A stretch of DNA of 64,000 nt, from positions 1 through 64,000 of the IMG/VR virus record IMGVR_UViG_3300008954_003475, one strand, 5' to 3'. Made by a program: the position numbers and the translations under genes. A model generated the notes under the pieces. The model was not told the DNA's origin. It worked only from the letters and a program-made list of their open reading frames with translations, and searched no databases. Below, one piece after another: positions 8,283-18,090 of this stretch; position 1 is the stretch's first letter; each line of letters starts with the position of its first letter.

Positions 8283-10104
8283 GCTCTCCGGTCAGGTTTG
8301 TATTATCTTGATATTCTGTTATATAGTCTAAATTTACAGACTTAAGGCTTGACATCATTTTATCATAAGTCTCTTTATCGCAATCTTCAAATGGGGCCTG
8401 AATATATGTATGATCAGAGTAGGGTAAGACAGAAAGTCCATTATATACACCTCTGTTTTCCCACATCCACTCGAAGACCTCTTCCCATTCGTTATCTTTT
8501 ATACTTATTGTAGCAGATACATTATGAGTATTCTGCCCGCGAACATATCCGGGCCTTACCCACTCATTCGTTATTAAACGAATTCTTTCTAATAGATTAA
8601 TTGCACTTTCATCTCTCAGCATAGCTCCATCTGGAGCTTTCTGCGGGACACTTATAACGGCTGTATCGTGCGGCCGAAAATACTCATCCTCAATAAGTTC
8701 AGGATGATTTTTTTCTAAATATTGAAAAATAGCCTCATTCTTTCCAACCCTAAGCCTTCTAATGTAATACTCGTTATGCCAGGCATGAATTCCGCTTGAT
8801 GTACCTAACGTTAAAGACGTTGTTCCAGCAGGCTTCACGCAAGTAGTTCTCGTCGCTTGATTTATCCCTATTATGTTAGCAACTCTTTCGTTTTCTTCCT
8901 TGATAACAGAAACAGCTTTTGGCATATTTAAATTCACAACCTTGCCACTAGCTATGCCGGTCATACTTGCGCCAATCAAAGCATCTTTCTCTGTGCTTCT
9001 CTGCCAAATGGGCCGTAAATAGTGAAAATCAGTATAACTAGCTTGTAACGTCCCTATAAAAGCTGCGGCTCGCGCCCTTGTCTCAAGGTCCTCCTGAGAT
9101 TCAATATTGCTAACATTTATTTCAACCAAATTACAAAATTGAAATGGTCTTAGTCCAATTTCACAACAAGGGTTTGTTCCCCAGTCCTTATCGTTAGTCA
9201 AGTAAAAGCCAGGCTCTCCAGAGCCGCTAATACGAATTCTTTCCCATAAATTAGCAAAATATTTCTTAGTAATTCTATGCCTCATCAATACAGCTGAGTT
9301 ATTTGCGCGACCTCTTTGCGGATTTGTTTCCCACCAGTCTCCGGCCTTAGCTGCAATCATTTCGTCATCATCTGCAGAAAATAAAGAGATCAAAGCCGCA
9401 CGCCTTATCCCTCCGGCCAAGACAGCATCTGCAATATAACAGATCATATCATGAACCTCTATAGACCTAAGCTTGTCGCCGTTCTCCTTGGCGTCTAAGA
9501 TGCCCTCAAGCTTAACCAGACACTCCCTTAGGGGTTGTGGGCCCGGAGCCTTTCCTCCCGAGGTTATAAGCTTTGCCCCCTTTGGTCTAATATCAGAAAA
9601 ATCAAATCTTAACTTTGAAGTTCCCTTGAAATAAGATATAACCAAAGCTTTTACCGCATCTGCCCAACCCTCTATGGAGTCTGCAACAAGAAACCTTCTG
9701 GTTCTAGTATTGCTTGGCTTTCTTATCTCCGGCAAAGCCTCAACATGATGAAACTGAACAGAATACCCAACGCCAGTGCCTCCCAATAACAAAAACATTG
9801 CCTCACTGAATGCGCGAACATCATCTATTGGCATATAAGCACAGTTAAAAATTCTATTTGGAGCTACCTCTATAGACTTTCCGCCAAACTGCATAGAACG
9901 CATTGATGGCAGAACCTTTTTATCGTGAACAAACTCATAAACTGCATCAATTTCGCCCTCAAGAGCCGGAAACTTTTTGATATGCATATTTTTGTTTCTT
10001 GTTACTAATTCGTCCCAATTCTCTCGCCTTAATTCATCATCAAGGTGTCTCGCGTATTTCATGTGAACAGTTATATCTGATAAAATCTGTGACGATAGCT
10101 CCAT
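8242..10104 (-). CDS. nrdJ: Class II (adenosylcobalamin-dependent, monomeric RTPR-type) ribonucleotide reductase
   Basis: RIFNCAY, LLLGGTGVGYSV, TNPCCEI active-site motif, VKPAGTTSL, C-terminal CAGGSC redox pair; no small subunit adjacent. Confidence 0.9.
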   Translation of the reverse strand: MELSSQILSDITVHMKYARHLDDELRRENWDELVTRNKNMHIKKFPALEGEIDAVYEFVHDKKVLPSMRSMQFGGKSIEVAPNRIFNCAYMPIDDVRAFSEAMFLLLGGTGVGYSVQFHHVEALPEIRKPSNTRTRRFLVADSIEGWADAVKALVISYFKGTSKLRFDFSDIRPKGAKLITSGGKAPGPQPLRECLVKLEGILDAKENGDKLRSIEVHDMICYIADAVLAGGIRRAALISLFSADDDEMIAAKAGDWWETNPQRGRANNSAVLMRHRITKKYFANLWERIRISGSGEPGFYLTNDKDWGTNPCCEIGLRPFQFCNLVEINVSNIESQEDLETRARAAAFIGTLQASYTDFHYLRPIWQRSTEKDALIGASMTGIASGKVVNLNMPKAVSVIKEENERVANIIGINQATRTTCVKPAGTTSLTLGTSSGIHAWHNEYYIRRLRVGKNEAIFQYLEKNHPELIEDEYFRPHDTAVISVPQKAPDGAMLRDESAINLLERIRLITNEWVRPGYVRGQNTHNVSATISIKDNEWEEVFEWMWENRGVYNGLSVLPYSDHTYIQAPFEDCDKETYDKMMSSLKSVNLDYITEYQDNTNLTGELACAGGSCSVSYL

Positions 10105-10130
10105 TGTTTTCTCCTGGTATCAAAAAGTTA

Positions 10131-10172
10131 AATAAAAAAAATCTTAGAGCCCCAACATGGAGGTCCTAAGAT
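10131..10172 (-). terminator. Putative intrinsic terminator after the sigma-factor gene
   Basis: Minus strand ATCTTAGGACCTCC-ATGTT-GGGGCTCTAAGAT imperfect hairpin followed by TTTTTTTATT. Confidence 0.6.
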
Positions 10173-10741
10173 AATATGGTTCTAAGCTTGTTTAGGCTGC
10201 AGTTTCTGATTTGTCTTATACGTTCTGTAGAAAGGTTAAATTTCGTTGCTATTTCATTTAGTCTTTTTCCGATAACTAAGTTGTCAATAACAATGTCTTT
10301 TTCTCTGTCGGATAAAATATTATTTTCATCAATAAACATCTTTTTAAATATTATTTTCATCTCTAACTCAACCTCTTTTTCGTTTAAAACATTACCAAAA
10401 TCACAGCTGCCTAATTCCTTTTTAATACCAGATTTTGCAATCGAAAATCGTTTAGAATTTGAATTGTAATCTCTAAGTTTTTTTGAAATATTCCATTGCG
10501 CCCATCTGAAGAAATCAAAGTTTTTTTGATAATCATATGTTAAGATTGCTTCCCACAATCCAATATAGGCTTCCTGAAATAGGTCTTCTTGAGAAGATAT
10601 ATTTTTATATTTTTTCGCTCTAGACTCTGCAAAGAATTTTGTCTGCACAAAAATATCGTGCATCCAATCCTTTGTATTCTTTTCTTCGTTTACGATATAT
10701 GTCATTTTTATATCAAGATTAGATAAATCGTAATAACTCAT
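10166..10741 (-). CDS. Sigma70-family RNA polymerase sigma factor (regions 2 and 4 only)
   Basis: Region 2 DLFQEAYIGLWEAILTYD...FFRWAQWNI; region 4 HTH LSDREKDIV...LNEIATKFNLSTERIRQI. Confidence 0.88.
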   Translation of the reverse strand: MSYYDLSNLDIKMTYIVNEEKNTKDWMHDIFVQTKFFAESRAKKYKNISSQEDLFQEAYIGLWEAILTYDYQKNFDFFRWAQWNISKKLRDYNSNSKRFSIAKSGIKKELGSCDFGNVLNEKEVELEMKIIFKKMFIDENNILSDREKDIVIDNLVIGKRLNEIATKFNLSTERIRQIRNCSLNKLRTILS

Positions 10742-10744
10742 TCT

Positions 10745-11326
10745 TTATTCATCCTCAGGGTTGTACTGATCCACAAACTCTCCGTCTTTCCAAGTCCTAA
10801 CTATAGAGGTTTCTTCTGACAAAGTAAAGACGGCAATAACATCATCTCTGGTCGAAAAAGATGCAGCACTTATGTGTCTAGTCCCACATCCCTCTGGAAC
10901 TTCTAATGCCGGATTGTCAACAAGCAGATATACTCTACCTCCTATAATTTGACCATTTCTATTGATAACAATAGCTCCATCGGCATCTTCTCTAAACAAA
11001 GCTTCTACGCTCTTCTTAGAAGAGGTTGTTGAAATATCTATATATTTTTGAATTGGATTAATCCCAATTTGTCGCATACCCGATACAAGATAATCTTTTG
11101 CTGTATCAAATACGCCAAACACAACCAGTATTCCTAACTTCTTTTGCCTATCTTTGTTTTCTTTAGATATTTCACACAATATATTGAATATCTTCTTTCC
11201 GACCTTCTGATGCTCTCTCGCAGCACTGAATTGGAAAGAAAAGTCAGTAGACGTAACCCTTTTGGGCGGCTCTACTGAAGTTGCCTGAATTTCTTCTTTC
11301 GACATGTACGACTCCATGGTTTCCAT
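10745..11326 (-). CDS. Stand-alone diadenylate cyclase (DisA_N/DAC) domain protein
   Basis: DAC motifs DADGAIVI (DGA) and GCGTRHISAA (RHR variant RHI); LSEET motif; no TM or DisA linker domain. Confidence 0.8.
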   Translation of the reverse strand: METMESYMSKEEIQATSVEPPKRVTSTDFSFQFSAAREHQKVGKKIFNILCEISKENKDRQKKLGILVVFGVFDTAKDYLVSGMRQIGINPIQKYIDISTTSSKKSVEALFREDADGAIVINRNGQIIGGRVYLLVDNPALEVPEGCGTRHISAASFSTRDDVIAVFTLSEETSIVRTWKDGEFVDQYNPEDE

Positions 11327-11335
11327 ATGAGGTAA

Positions 11336-11344
11336 ATTATACCA
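11336..11344 (-). promoter_or_regulatory. Extended -10 element TGGTATAAT upstream of the DAC gene
   Basis: TGn-TATAAT in an AT-rich intergenic gap, 9 nt before the ATG at 11326. Confidence 0.5.
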
Positions 11345-11398
11345 AGGATTTTAAATGTATAATTAAAAAAAATAAAAAAATTTAATTAAAAATAATTA

Positions 11399-12781
11399 TT
11401 AACTAAAGCCTAATTCATCATATGTGTAGTGAATAATGCGGGTCTCTGAATCGACCGTTTTTAAGTTTATTGGCCCACCCCAAACATCGTGGACATATCC
11501 CATAACCATTTCTAAATGTTTGACATCCAAAGTTCCAACATCTACACTGGCATGCTCCAACTGTAAAATTCCATCTTCAACGCCAACAATACAAATGAGA
11601 GGGGCTCTATAATTATAGAGATCTTTTATTATTGTTTCTTTGATAAAATCCAACTCTGTTCCAATTACCTCAATGGCGTCAATTCCATTTGCAGCCTTTA
11701 TTTGCTTAAAGGAAAAAAGCTTAAGATCTTTTGCCAAATCTTCTGTTAAATAATTTCTTATAAAAGAGATATCATCTTCATCTGCAACTATTTGATATAT
11801 TTTCTGAAAACCATTAATTTCAGATTCTCCATTTTTATGCTTTTCGTCCCATTCTTCTCGTATTTTTGTAAATATTGAAAAACCTAAAAAGTAAGGGTTT
11901 ATATTAAGATGATTCGATCCTGGTTGAACTACTTTTTCATGAATTTTACAAAAGTCAAGATATTCATGCTCTTCAACACAGCCTAGTTTTAACATAATCT
12001 CCGCATGAACAAAGCTTGCAAATCCTTCATTCATTATCTTGGTCATATATTGAGGATAAAAATAATAAGACTCTTGTCTTATTATCTCTAAAATATCTTT
12101 CTGCCAAGGCTCCAAGACTCTCGAATAATTAACCAAAAACCAAATAATATCAAACTCTTGAGACGGTGGAAAACCACTTTCTGCAGGAACCTCTTTGTAT
12201 GAAAAATCATGTGTTCCAAAAACATCATCAAATTCATCAAAACTTGTTTTTTTAAAATGTTTTTCGCCCTTTTTATACCTAGCTCTATTTGGCCCTTTAT
12301 GCCAATCTATATGTTTGTCTAAAGCAAATCCGATGTCCATAACTTTTTCAACTGTTTCAATTCCATACTTTTGTATATACTCCTCTATCCTCTGAGCCCT
12401 CTCGGCTGCATGATATACCATCTTGTTATCAGTTTGTTTGAATAAAAAATTATTTTTAAAAAAGTGAACATGACCAACGACATGCGCTGATACCATGGTG
12501 TTTGCTATGTCTGAATTTGTATCCAACAAGAATGCATAAGATGGGTCGTTATTAAGTACAACTTCATAAATCTTTGAAAAACCCATTTCTCCTTGCATTT
12601 TTTGATATTCATATGATTGCCCATAACTCCAGTGTCTAGCACGAGTAGGGAGGCCATAACTGATTACTTCTAACATTGTTTCTTGCGGAACAACCTCATA
12701 ATTTATTGGATAATAATCCAACTCCATATCATCTGCTATTTGTTCAATTTCTACAACTCTGTCTTTCAATAACTGATTCAC
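11399..12781 (-). CDS. spoVR: SpoVR/YcgB family protein
   Basis: LPTRARHWSYG, IYEVVLNNDPSYAFL, AHVVGHVHFFKNN, YFYPQYMTKIMNEGFASFVH. Confidence 0.92.
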   Translation of the reverse strand: MNQLLKDRVVEIEQIADDMELDYYPINYEVVPQETMLEVISYGLPTRARHWSYGQSYEYQKMQGEMGFSKIYEVVLNNDPSYAFLLDTNSDIANTMVSAHVVGHVHFFKNNFLFKQTDNKMVYHAAERAQRIEEYIQKYGIETVEKVMDIGFALDKHIDWHKGPNRARYKKGEKHFKKTSFDEFDDVFGTHDFSYKEVPAESGFPPSQEFDIIWFLVNYSRVLEPWQKDILEIIRQESYYFYPQYMTKIMNEGFASFVHAEIMLKLGCVEEHEYLDFCKIHEKVVQPGSNHLNINPYFLGFSIFTKIREEWDEKHKNGESEINGFQKIYQIVADEDDISFIRNYLTEDLAKDLKLFSFKQIKAANGIDAIEVIGTELDFIKETIIKDLYNYRAPLICIVGVEDGILQLEHASVDVGTLDVKHLEMVMGYVHDVWGGPINLKTVDSETRIIHYTYDELGFS

Positions 12782-12782
12782 A

Positions 12783-13976
12783 CTACACCTCTATCTGCTC
12801 TTTTGATCTGCTGTCAATATTGAAAAATGCCTTAAGAGCATCAAATACTTCTTCTCTAGACTTTATAACTATAGATACAAACCTAGTTCTCTTTATGTTT
12901 TTACTTAAAATTGACGAAAGCCTATTTTCTTCATTCATCCACGGGCTAAAATCTCCATTTGGAGCTATTTCCCCATACCCAATAGCTCTAACCATTGGCA
13001 ATAACTTTTTAACAAACTCTAAGGCACGCAAATTATCCTCCCCCCAATTGTCACCATCACTAAATTCAAAAACATAATTATTCCAAGATGATGGGGGATG
13101 ATTTGCCTGAATATGTTCATAAGCTAACTCAAATGCCGTACTGCAAAGAGTTCCTCCAGAATTTGATACTTTAAAAAACTCCTGCTCATTAACTATAAAC
13201 GCCCTTGCGTCGTGTGCAATAAATATTAACGAAATATTTTTATATCTTCTCTTAAGAAACTGAACCATCCAAAAGTAAAAACTCTTTGCAATATAAGTCT
13301 TCTCTTGACTCATGGATCCGCTGCGATCCATCATCAAGTAAACTGCCGCATTTGAATGATATTCTTTATTTGTTTCCCAATTTCTATATCTTAAATCATT
13401 TTCGTTAATTCCGCCAATCTTTGCATTGCCTTTTGCTGCATTTCTTTTTAAATTTTCAAAAAGAGTTTTCTTGATATCTATATTTGGAAATATACCCTTT
13501 TTCTCTATAGAGGATAAATCTTCAGTTTCCACTTCTATAGCCGAACTTTTATCTGGCTCCATCCAAGGGAGGTTTAGCTCTTCCAGCAAAATATCAACTA
13601 TCTCATCGATAGTAACTTCTGCATCGAAAACTGCCTCACCCTCTTTGTCTCCAGGCTTATCTCCTTCGGGCTTCTTCTCGCCTCTTTTTCTAAGTCGAAA
13701 CTTATCCCCAGGCTTGACATCAATCCCTTGACCAGTTTTGTCTTTATTTTTTAGCTTTCCATATTTAAACTTATATCTGTCTAAAAAACGTATAGGTATT
13801 TTAATCTTTTTATCACCATCTGATGTGATGATATTATATTCCGTTATAAGGTCTTTGCCATTTTTTCTTATGGCATCATTTATAAGCTTCTTATGCCTAT
13901 CGGAATCTCGCTTGCCCCTTTGCTTGAGCTTCCAGATATCCGATAAGCTTTTTTGCGCTTTCGGTGTATTGGACAT
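12783..13976 (-). CDS. yeaH: YeaH/YhbH (UPF0229/DUF444) VWA-like protein
   Basis: KRDSDRH N-terminus, DLRYR, MMDRSGSM (MIDAS DxSxS), SGGTLCSTA, FSDGDNW. Confidence 0.9.
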   Translation of the reverse strand: MSNTPKAQKSLSDIWKLKQRGKRDSDRHKKLINDAIRKNGKDLITEYNIITSDGDKKIKIPIRFLDRYKFKYGKLKNKDKTGQGIDVKPGDKFRLRKRGEKKPEGDKPGDKEGEAVFDAEVTIDEIVDILLEELNLPWMEPDKSSAIEVETEDLSSIEKKGIFPNIDIKKTLFENLKRNAAKGNAKIGGINENDLRYRNWETNKEYHSNAAVYLMMDRSGSMSQEKTYIAKSFYFWMVQFLKRRYKNISLIFIAHDARAFIVNEQEFFKVSNSGGTLCSTAFELAYEHIQANHPPSSWNNYVFEFSDGDNWGEDNLRALEFVKKLLPMVRAIGYGEIAPNGDFSPWMNEENRLSSILSKNIKRTRFVSIVIKSREEVFDALKAFFNIDSRSKEQIEV

Positions 13977-13977
13977 C

Positions 13978-15897
13978 TCAGCCTCTTGCCATTAACGAGC
14001 TTACATACCTTAATAATTTGTTTGCACTTGTTGCTGTATAATTATACTTTTCGCACAAAGTATTAATTACAACATTTATTCTCTTAAGCTCTTCCTCGTC
14101 TGGATTTCTTGCGCTTACAGTTAAACGGATAACGTCTTGTCTTTCATCGAAGAGTTGTCTCTCAAGCGCTTCACGTAACTTTGGATGATTTTTATAGTTA
14201 TAAGCTCCATCGCCAGATTTTGCAGATCTTAACATCTTTCTGTATATCTCTTGTCTAAAAGATTTCTTGCCGGACTCCGTAATTCCAACCTTCTCCTCAA
14301 TGGATCTCATCAGTCTTTCGTTTGGCTCAACATAATCTCCCCACTCATCTTCAATCGTTGTTCCATCAAGAGATGCGCCAACATGGTCCATATAATTATT
14401 AAGAAGACTTTGAACCTCTTCTTCAAAATTAACGAAGAATGCTTTTTGAACTTCATTTCTTGCAATTTTGCTATACTCCTCTATAACTGAGGTTAATATA
14501 TTTTCAAGCTTCTCTATGGCTTTGGGGTCTAATTTTGGATTACTTGCAAATCCGTCTCTAATAGATCTTATTATATCAACTGGAGTAATGCAGTTTGCGC
14601 CATCTTCGGCCAAAGTTGATGAAATCCTATTTATAATATATCTTGGAGATATTCCCGTCATGCCTTCTGAATCAAATTCTTTTCTAAGAAGGGGAACGTC
14701 TGATTGTGAAAAACCCTCAACCTCTTCTTCGTTGTATAAGCGCATTTTGCTCATTACGGATAAGCCTTCATGCTTTGAATCTTTAAGCCTAGAAAGTACA
14801 GCAAACATAGCTGCGCAATAAAGAGTATATGGCGCTATATGCACACCCTCAAAGGTTGCTTGGCCTATTAACTTTTCATATATCTTAACTTCTTCATTTA
14901 CACTTAAATTATATGGAATCTTTATGACAATAATTCTATCGTGCAAAGCTTCCATCTCGTCTTTGGCTAAAAATCTTTTATATTCTGTTTCATTTGTATG
15001 TGCTAGTAAAAATTCATCTGCATAAATGAAGGGATAGCGTCCTGTTTTTATATTCTTTTCTTGAGCCAGTGTTAGTAAGACATATAAGAATTTTTGATCA
15101 ACCTTTAACATCTCAACAAATTCCATAAGCCCTCTGTTGGCTATGTTCAACTCTCCATCAAACCTATACGCCCTCGGGTCTGACTCTGAACCAAATTCTC
15201 CAATTTTACTCAAGTCCATTGACCCGACAAGCTCTGAAATGTCTTGGCTTTTCTTATCCGATGGAACGAAGGTGCCTATCCCAACTCTTGACTGTTCAGA
15301 AAAACACACCCTGCTTACAGGTAGCTCTAAAAAGTCTCCATCATGATTCTCTTTCAGCATCAACTCCATATAGGGGCTTAATTGGCCATCTATTTTGATC
15401 CCATAATCACTCAAAAACTGACCTCTCAATTTATGCGGAATCGCACAAAGAGGGTCTTCAAACATTGGAGAATCTTTTAGACAATATACTGTTCCATCGT
15501 CTGTTCTGGTAAACTCTTCAAGCCCTCTCTTTAGCAATACGGCCAATTGAGATTTTCCAGATGATGTAGGTCCATACAAAAGAAGTATTCTTCTAGAAAC
15601 TTCGCTCCCTGCTGCAGCGGCTCGTAAGTATGACATTATTTCGCCAATTGATTCATTAATTCCAAATAAATCATTTGCAAAGAAAGAATATTCTTCAATA
15701 TCTCCATCCTCACCCCTTACAATTCCAGCACTCTCAATCATCCTTAAGGTTCTTGAGTGCGCATTCATATGAATCTCTGGCTTCTTAATAACAAGATTAA
15801 TATAATCTCGAAGAGTGCCCTCCCACTTCAAAGACGTTGTCTCCTCTATGTGTTCATCTAAGGACTTAAAGAGTTTTGTAGTATTCTTTTTTGGCAT
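13978..15897 (-). CDS. prkA: PrkA/YeaG family AAA+ ATPase/kinase
   Basis: Walker A YGPTSSGKS, DISELVGS, DPRAYRFDGELNIANRGLMEFVEMLK, GISPRY. Confidence 0.93.
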   Translation of the reverse strand: MPKKNTTKLFKSLDEHIEETTSLKWEGTLRDYINLVIKKPEIHMNAHSRTLRMIESAGIVRGEDGDIEEYSFFANDLFGINESIGEIMSYLRAAAAGSEVSRRILLLYGPTSSGKSQLAVLLKRGLEEFTRTDDGTVYCLKDSPMFEDPLCAIPHKLRGQFLSDYGIKIDGQLSPYMELMLKENHDGDFLELPVSRVCFSEQSRVGIGTFVPSDKKSQDISELVGSMDLSKIGEFGSESDPRAYRFDGELNIANRGLMEFVEMLKVDQKFLYVLLTLAQEKNIKTGRYPFIYADEFLLAHTNETEYKRFLAKDEMEALHDRIIVIKIPYNLSVNEEVKIYEKLIGQATFEGVHIAPYTLYCAAMFAVLSRLKDSKHEGLSVMSKMRLYNEEEVEGFSQSDVPLLRKEFDSEGMTGISPRYIINRISSTLAEDGANCITPVDIIRSIRDGFASNPKLDPKAIEKLENILTSVIEEYSKIARNEVQKAFFVNFEEEVQSLLNNYMDHVGASLDGTTIEDEWGDYVEPNERLMRSIEEKVGITESGKKSFRQEIYRKMLRSAKSGDGAYNYKNHPKLREALERQLFDERQDVIRLTVSARNPDEEELKRINVVINTLCEKYNYTATSANKLLRYVSSLMARG

Positions 15898-16187
15898 TAT
15901 AAGGTTTCTCCATATACATCTAATATAGCTTTTGTATCACCTAACTTTATTTTATTAACAATCTTTCTAGCTTCTTCTTTGGCATCAGCCAATATTTCTT
16001 CTTTACCCTTTGATATCTTACTAGATGAAGAATTAAATATTCTAATAAATTTAGATACAGTATCACATTTTTTACATTTTTGATCATATAACACATCTTT
16101 ATTCTCTAAAGATAAATAATCTGATATAGACATAGTTATAGACTCCTCCGTATCACACTTTCCACATTTAAAATTATACTTAGCCAT
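15897..16187 (-). CDS. FmdB-like zinc-ribbon protein
   Basis: YNFKCGKC...CKKC paired CxxC; 1-nt overlap with the prkA start. Confidence 0.65.
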   Translation of the reverse strand: MAKYNFKCGKCDTEESITMSISDYLSLENKDVLYDQKCKKCDTVSKFIRIFNSSSSKISKGKEEILADAKEEARKIVNKIKLGDTKAILDVYGETL

Positions 16188-16377
16188 CTATACTACCTGA
16201 TATATTACTAGTAAAGAAAACTTCATCACCATCAAACTTTAATTGACCAGAGAGAGATAAATCTCTTAAAATCTTCTTTTTAAATTTATTATCAGTAATA
16301 AAAATGACTATCTCCATATCATTTGACTCTGAATCATATTTTATATTTTTTATTTTTCCAACATTTTTTTCCAACAT
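16180..16377 (-). CDS. Hypothetical protein
   Basis: 65-aa ORF packed between neighbours. Confidence 0.55.
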   Translation of the reverse strand: MLEKNVGKIKNIKYDSESNDMEIVIFITDNKFKKKILRDLSLSGQLKFDGDEVFFTSNISGSIDG

Positions 16378-16379
16378 TT

Positions 16380-16766
16380 CTATATACCCTCTAAAGCTTT
16401 TACAATATGAGGATTGGGTCTGTTTGCTAAAAATAACAAATCTGATTTATCTATTTTTGTTAAATTTTCTATCATATAAAATGGTACAGACAAAACAGGC
16501 GCTTCAACCTTATCTTTGTCAGAAAAGAATTGTTCAAGAGGAAGAACGTCTATAAAGCATTGAGATTTACTAACCTGTATAACAAGATATCTCGCCTCTT
16601 GGTTCTCCCAGATTGTACTCATTGAAACAATATCTTTCGATCTTATCTTGGCCACTTTTTCTTTATAATTCATACCTTCATCTACAAGCTTTGCATCAAA
16701 TATCATTCTCGTCTCCAAACTCTTCTGCCCAATCATCTGGAAACTTCTCAATGCGAGATTTATCAA
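16380..16766 (-). CDS. Hypothetical protein (likely true start ATG 16706)
   Basis: SD GGAG 6 nt before the in-frame ATG at 16706 (MIFDAKLV). Confidence 0.6.
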   Translation of the reverse strand: MINLALRSFQMIGQKSLETRMIFDAKLVDEGMNYKEKVAKIRSKDIVSMSTIWENQEARYLVIQVSKSQCFIDVLPLEQFFSDKDKVEAPVLSVPFYMIENLTKIDKSDLLFLANRPNPHIVKALEGI

Positions 16767-18090
16767 AAGCTTTCTTTAAAGACACCTTACCTTTTGCCCC
16801 GTCTCTATTCTTAACTATATGAATCTCCATATCCTCTCTCAAGTCTTCATCTTCTCTATTTCCAATTATCAAAACAATAGCAGCATTATCACCAATCATT
16901 TTGCTTCTACCAAGATCCTCCAAGCTAACATCATCCATCCGCTTTCCGCTTGTCTTTTTTTGAGCAGCCTTTCTTTGGGCCGCCGTAACTACCGGCAAAT
17001 CTTTCTTTCTGCAAAATTCATGCAATTCTTCAGAAACCTTACCGACATCCAGCCAATCTGTATTGGACCTTCCAAGGGTTGGTTTCATTAACTGCAGATA
17101 ATCAATAAATATAGCATCAGGCTTAAATACTCCAAGTATAGTTTCATACTTAGCCTCGATCTCACCCATTGTTGTTCCGCGAGGCATATCAAGTATGTAA
17201 AACTTCTTATCGTGGCCTTCTTGGAACTTTAAACACCTACCCCACCTATCCTCTTCTTCGCTGGTCAGCTGGGCTCTCACTAGGCCTCTGTGCCTAATAT
17301 TAGCAATGTTTGCATCAACCCGTTGTTCCAATTGTTCTTTGCTCATTTCAAGAGAGATAAACAATATATTTTTACCATCATCATATCCGGTCACGCCATC
17401 AGACGGTATATTGCTACCAAGCCAAGCATTGACCGCTATATTCATCATCAACAAAGACTTGCCCGATGAACTAGCTCCTCCGATAACTAACATTTCAGAA
17501 TTTTTAACACCCCAGGTATAGTCGTCAAGCTCTTGATATCCCGATAGAAAGCCCATAATTTGATCAGGATTCTCAGCTGTATATTTATACTGATTAACCC
17601 TGTCCGCAACAGACTCTGTTATGTCTCCTTCTGAAAACACATCTCTTCTGTATAGCCTTTCCGTCTTTGAGATGATCTTCTTAAGCTCATCGTTAAACTC
17701 CTTTACATCTTCATCCTCTTCTTCAATTTCTGATGCCTTTTGAGCAAGACTTTCTATTAAATATTTATTATATCGTTCCTTTATTTCATCTACATAAAAT
17801 CCTATTTCATTTTTTAAACATTCTTTATTAAGAATAAAGTCTGCAAGATCTGAATTGCCACCCTCTTTGTCTAACAAGGACTTTAAAACCTTATAAGATG
17901 GTGGGGTCTTGTGTCTAGAGTAATATGTGTGCAAAACATCTAGTATTTCTTTATATTTTGGAAAAAATATAGACCTTAAAAGATCATATTCCACTTCTCT
18001 ATAAATTTCATTTATATTTATAGAGCCTTGCATCATCCAATTGATTATTTTTGCATCAAGCATTCTTTCTCCTAAAATCCTTTCCGCCAA
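16696..18090 (-). CDS. dnaB: Replicative DnaB-like helicase (likely true start ATG 18063)
   Basis: Walker A GGASSSGKS, FISLEMS, IFIDYLQLM, TAAQ, IVKNRDG; SD AGGAG before 18063; no intein. Confidence 0.9.
   Translation of the reverse strand: MAERILGERMLDAKIINWMMQGSININEIYREVEYDLLRSIFFPKYKEILDVLHTYYSRHKTPPSYKVLKSLLDKEGGNSDLADFILNKECLKNEIGFYVDEIKERYNKYLIESLAQKASEIEEEDEDVKEFNDELKKIISKTERLYRRDVFSEGDITESVADRVNQYKYTAENPDQIMGFLSGYQELDDYTWGVKNSEMLVIGGASSSGKSLLMMNIAVNAWLGSNIPSDGVTGYDDGKNILFISLEMSKEQLEQRVDANIANIRHRGLVRAQLTSEEEDRWGRCLKFQEGHDKKFYILDMPRGTTMGEIEAKYETILGVFKPDAIFIDYLQLMKPTLGRSNTDWLDVGKVSEELHEFCRKKDLPVVTAAQRKAAQKKTSGKRMDDVSLEDLGRSKMIGDNAAIVLIIGNREDEDLREDMEIHIVKNRDGAKGKVSLKKAFDKSRIEKFPDDWAEEFGDENDI

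Noticed and set aside
8242-18090. Inteins or introns in RNR and DnaB (common insertion targets)
   Set aside because: Both proteins have normal length and continuous motifs, with no Hint or homing-endonuclease signatures.
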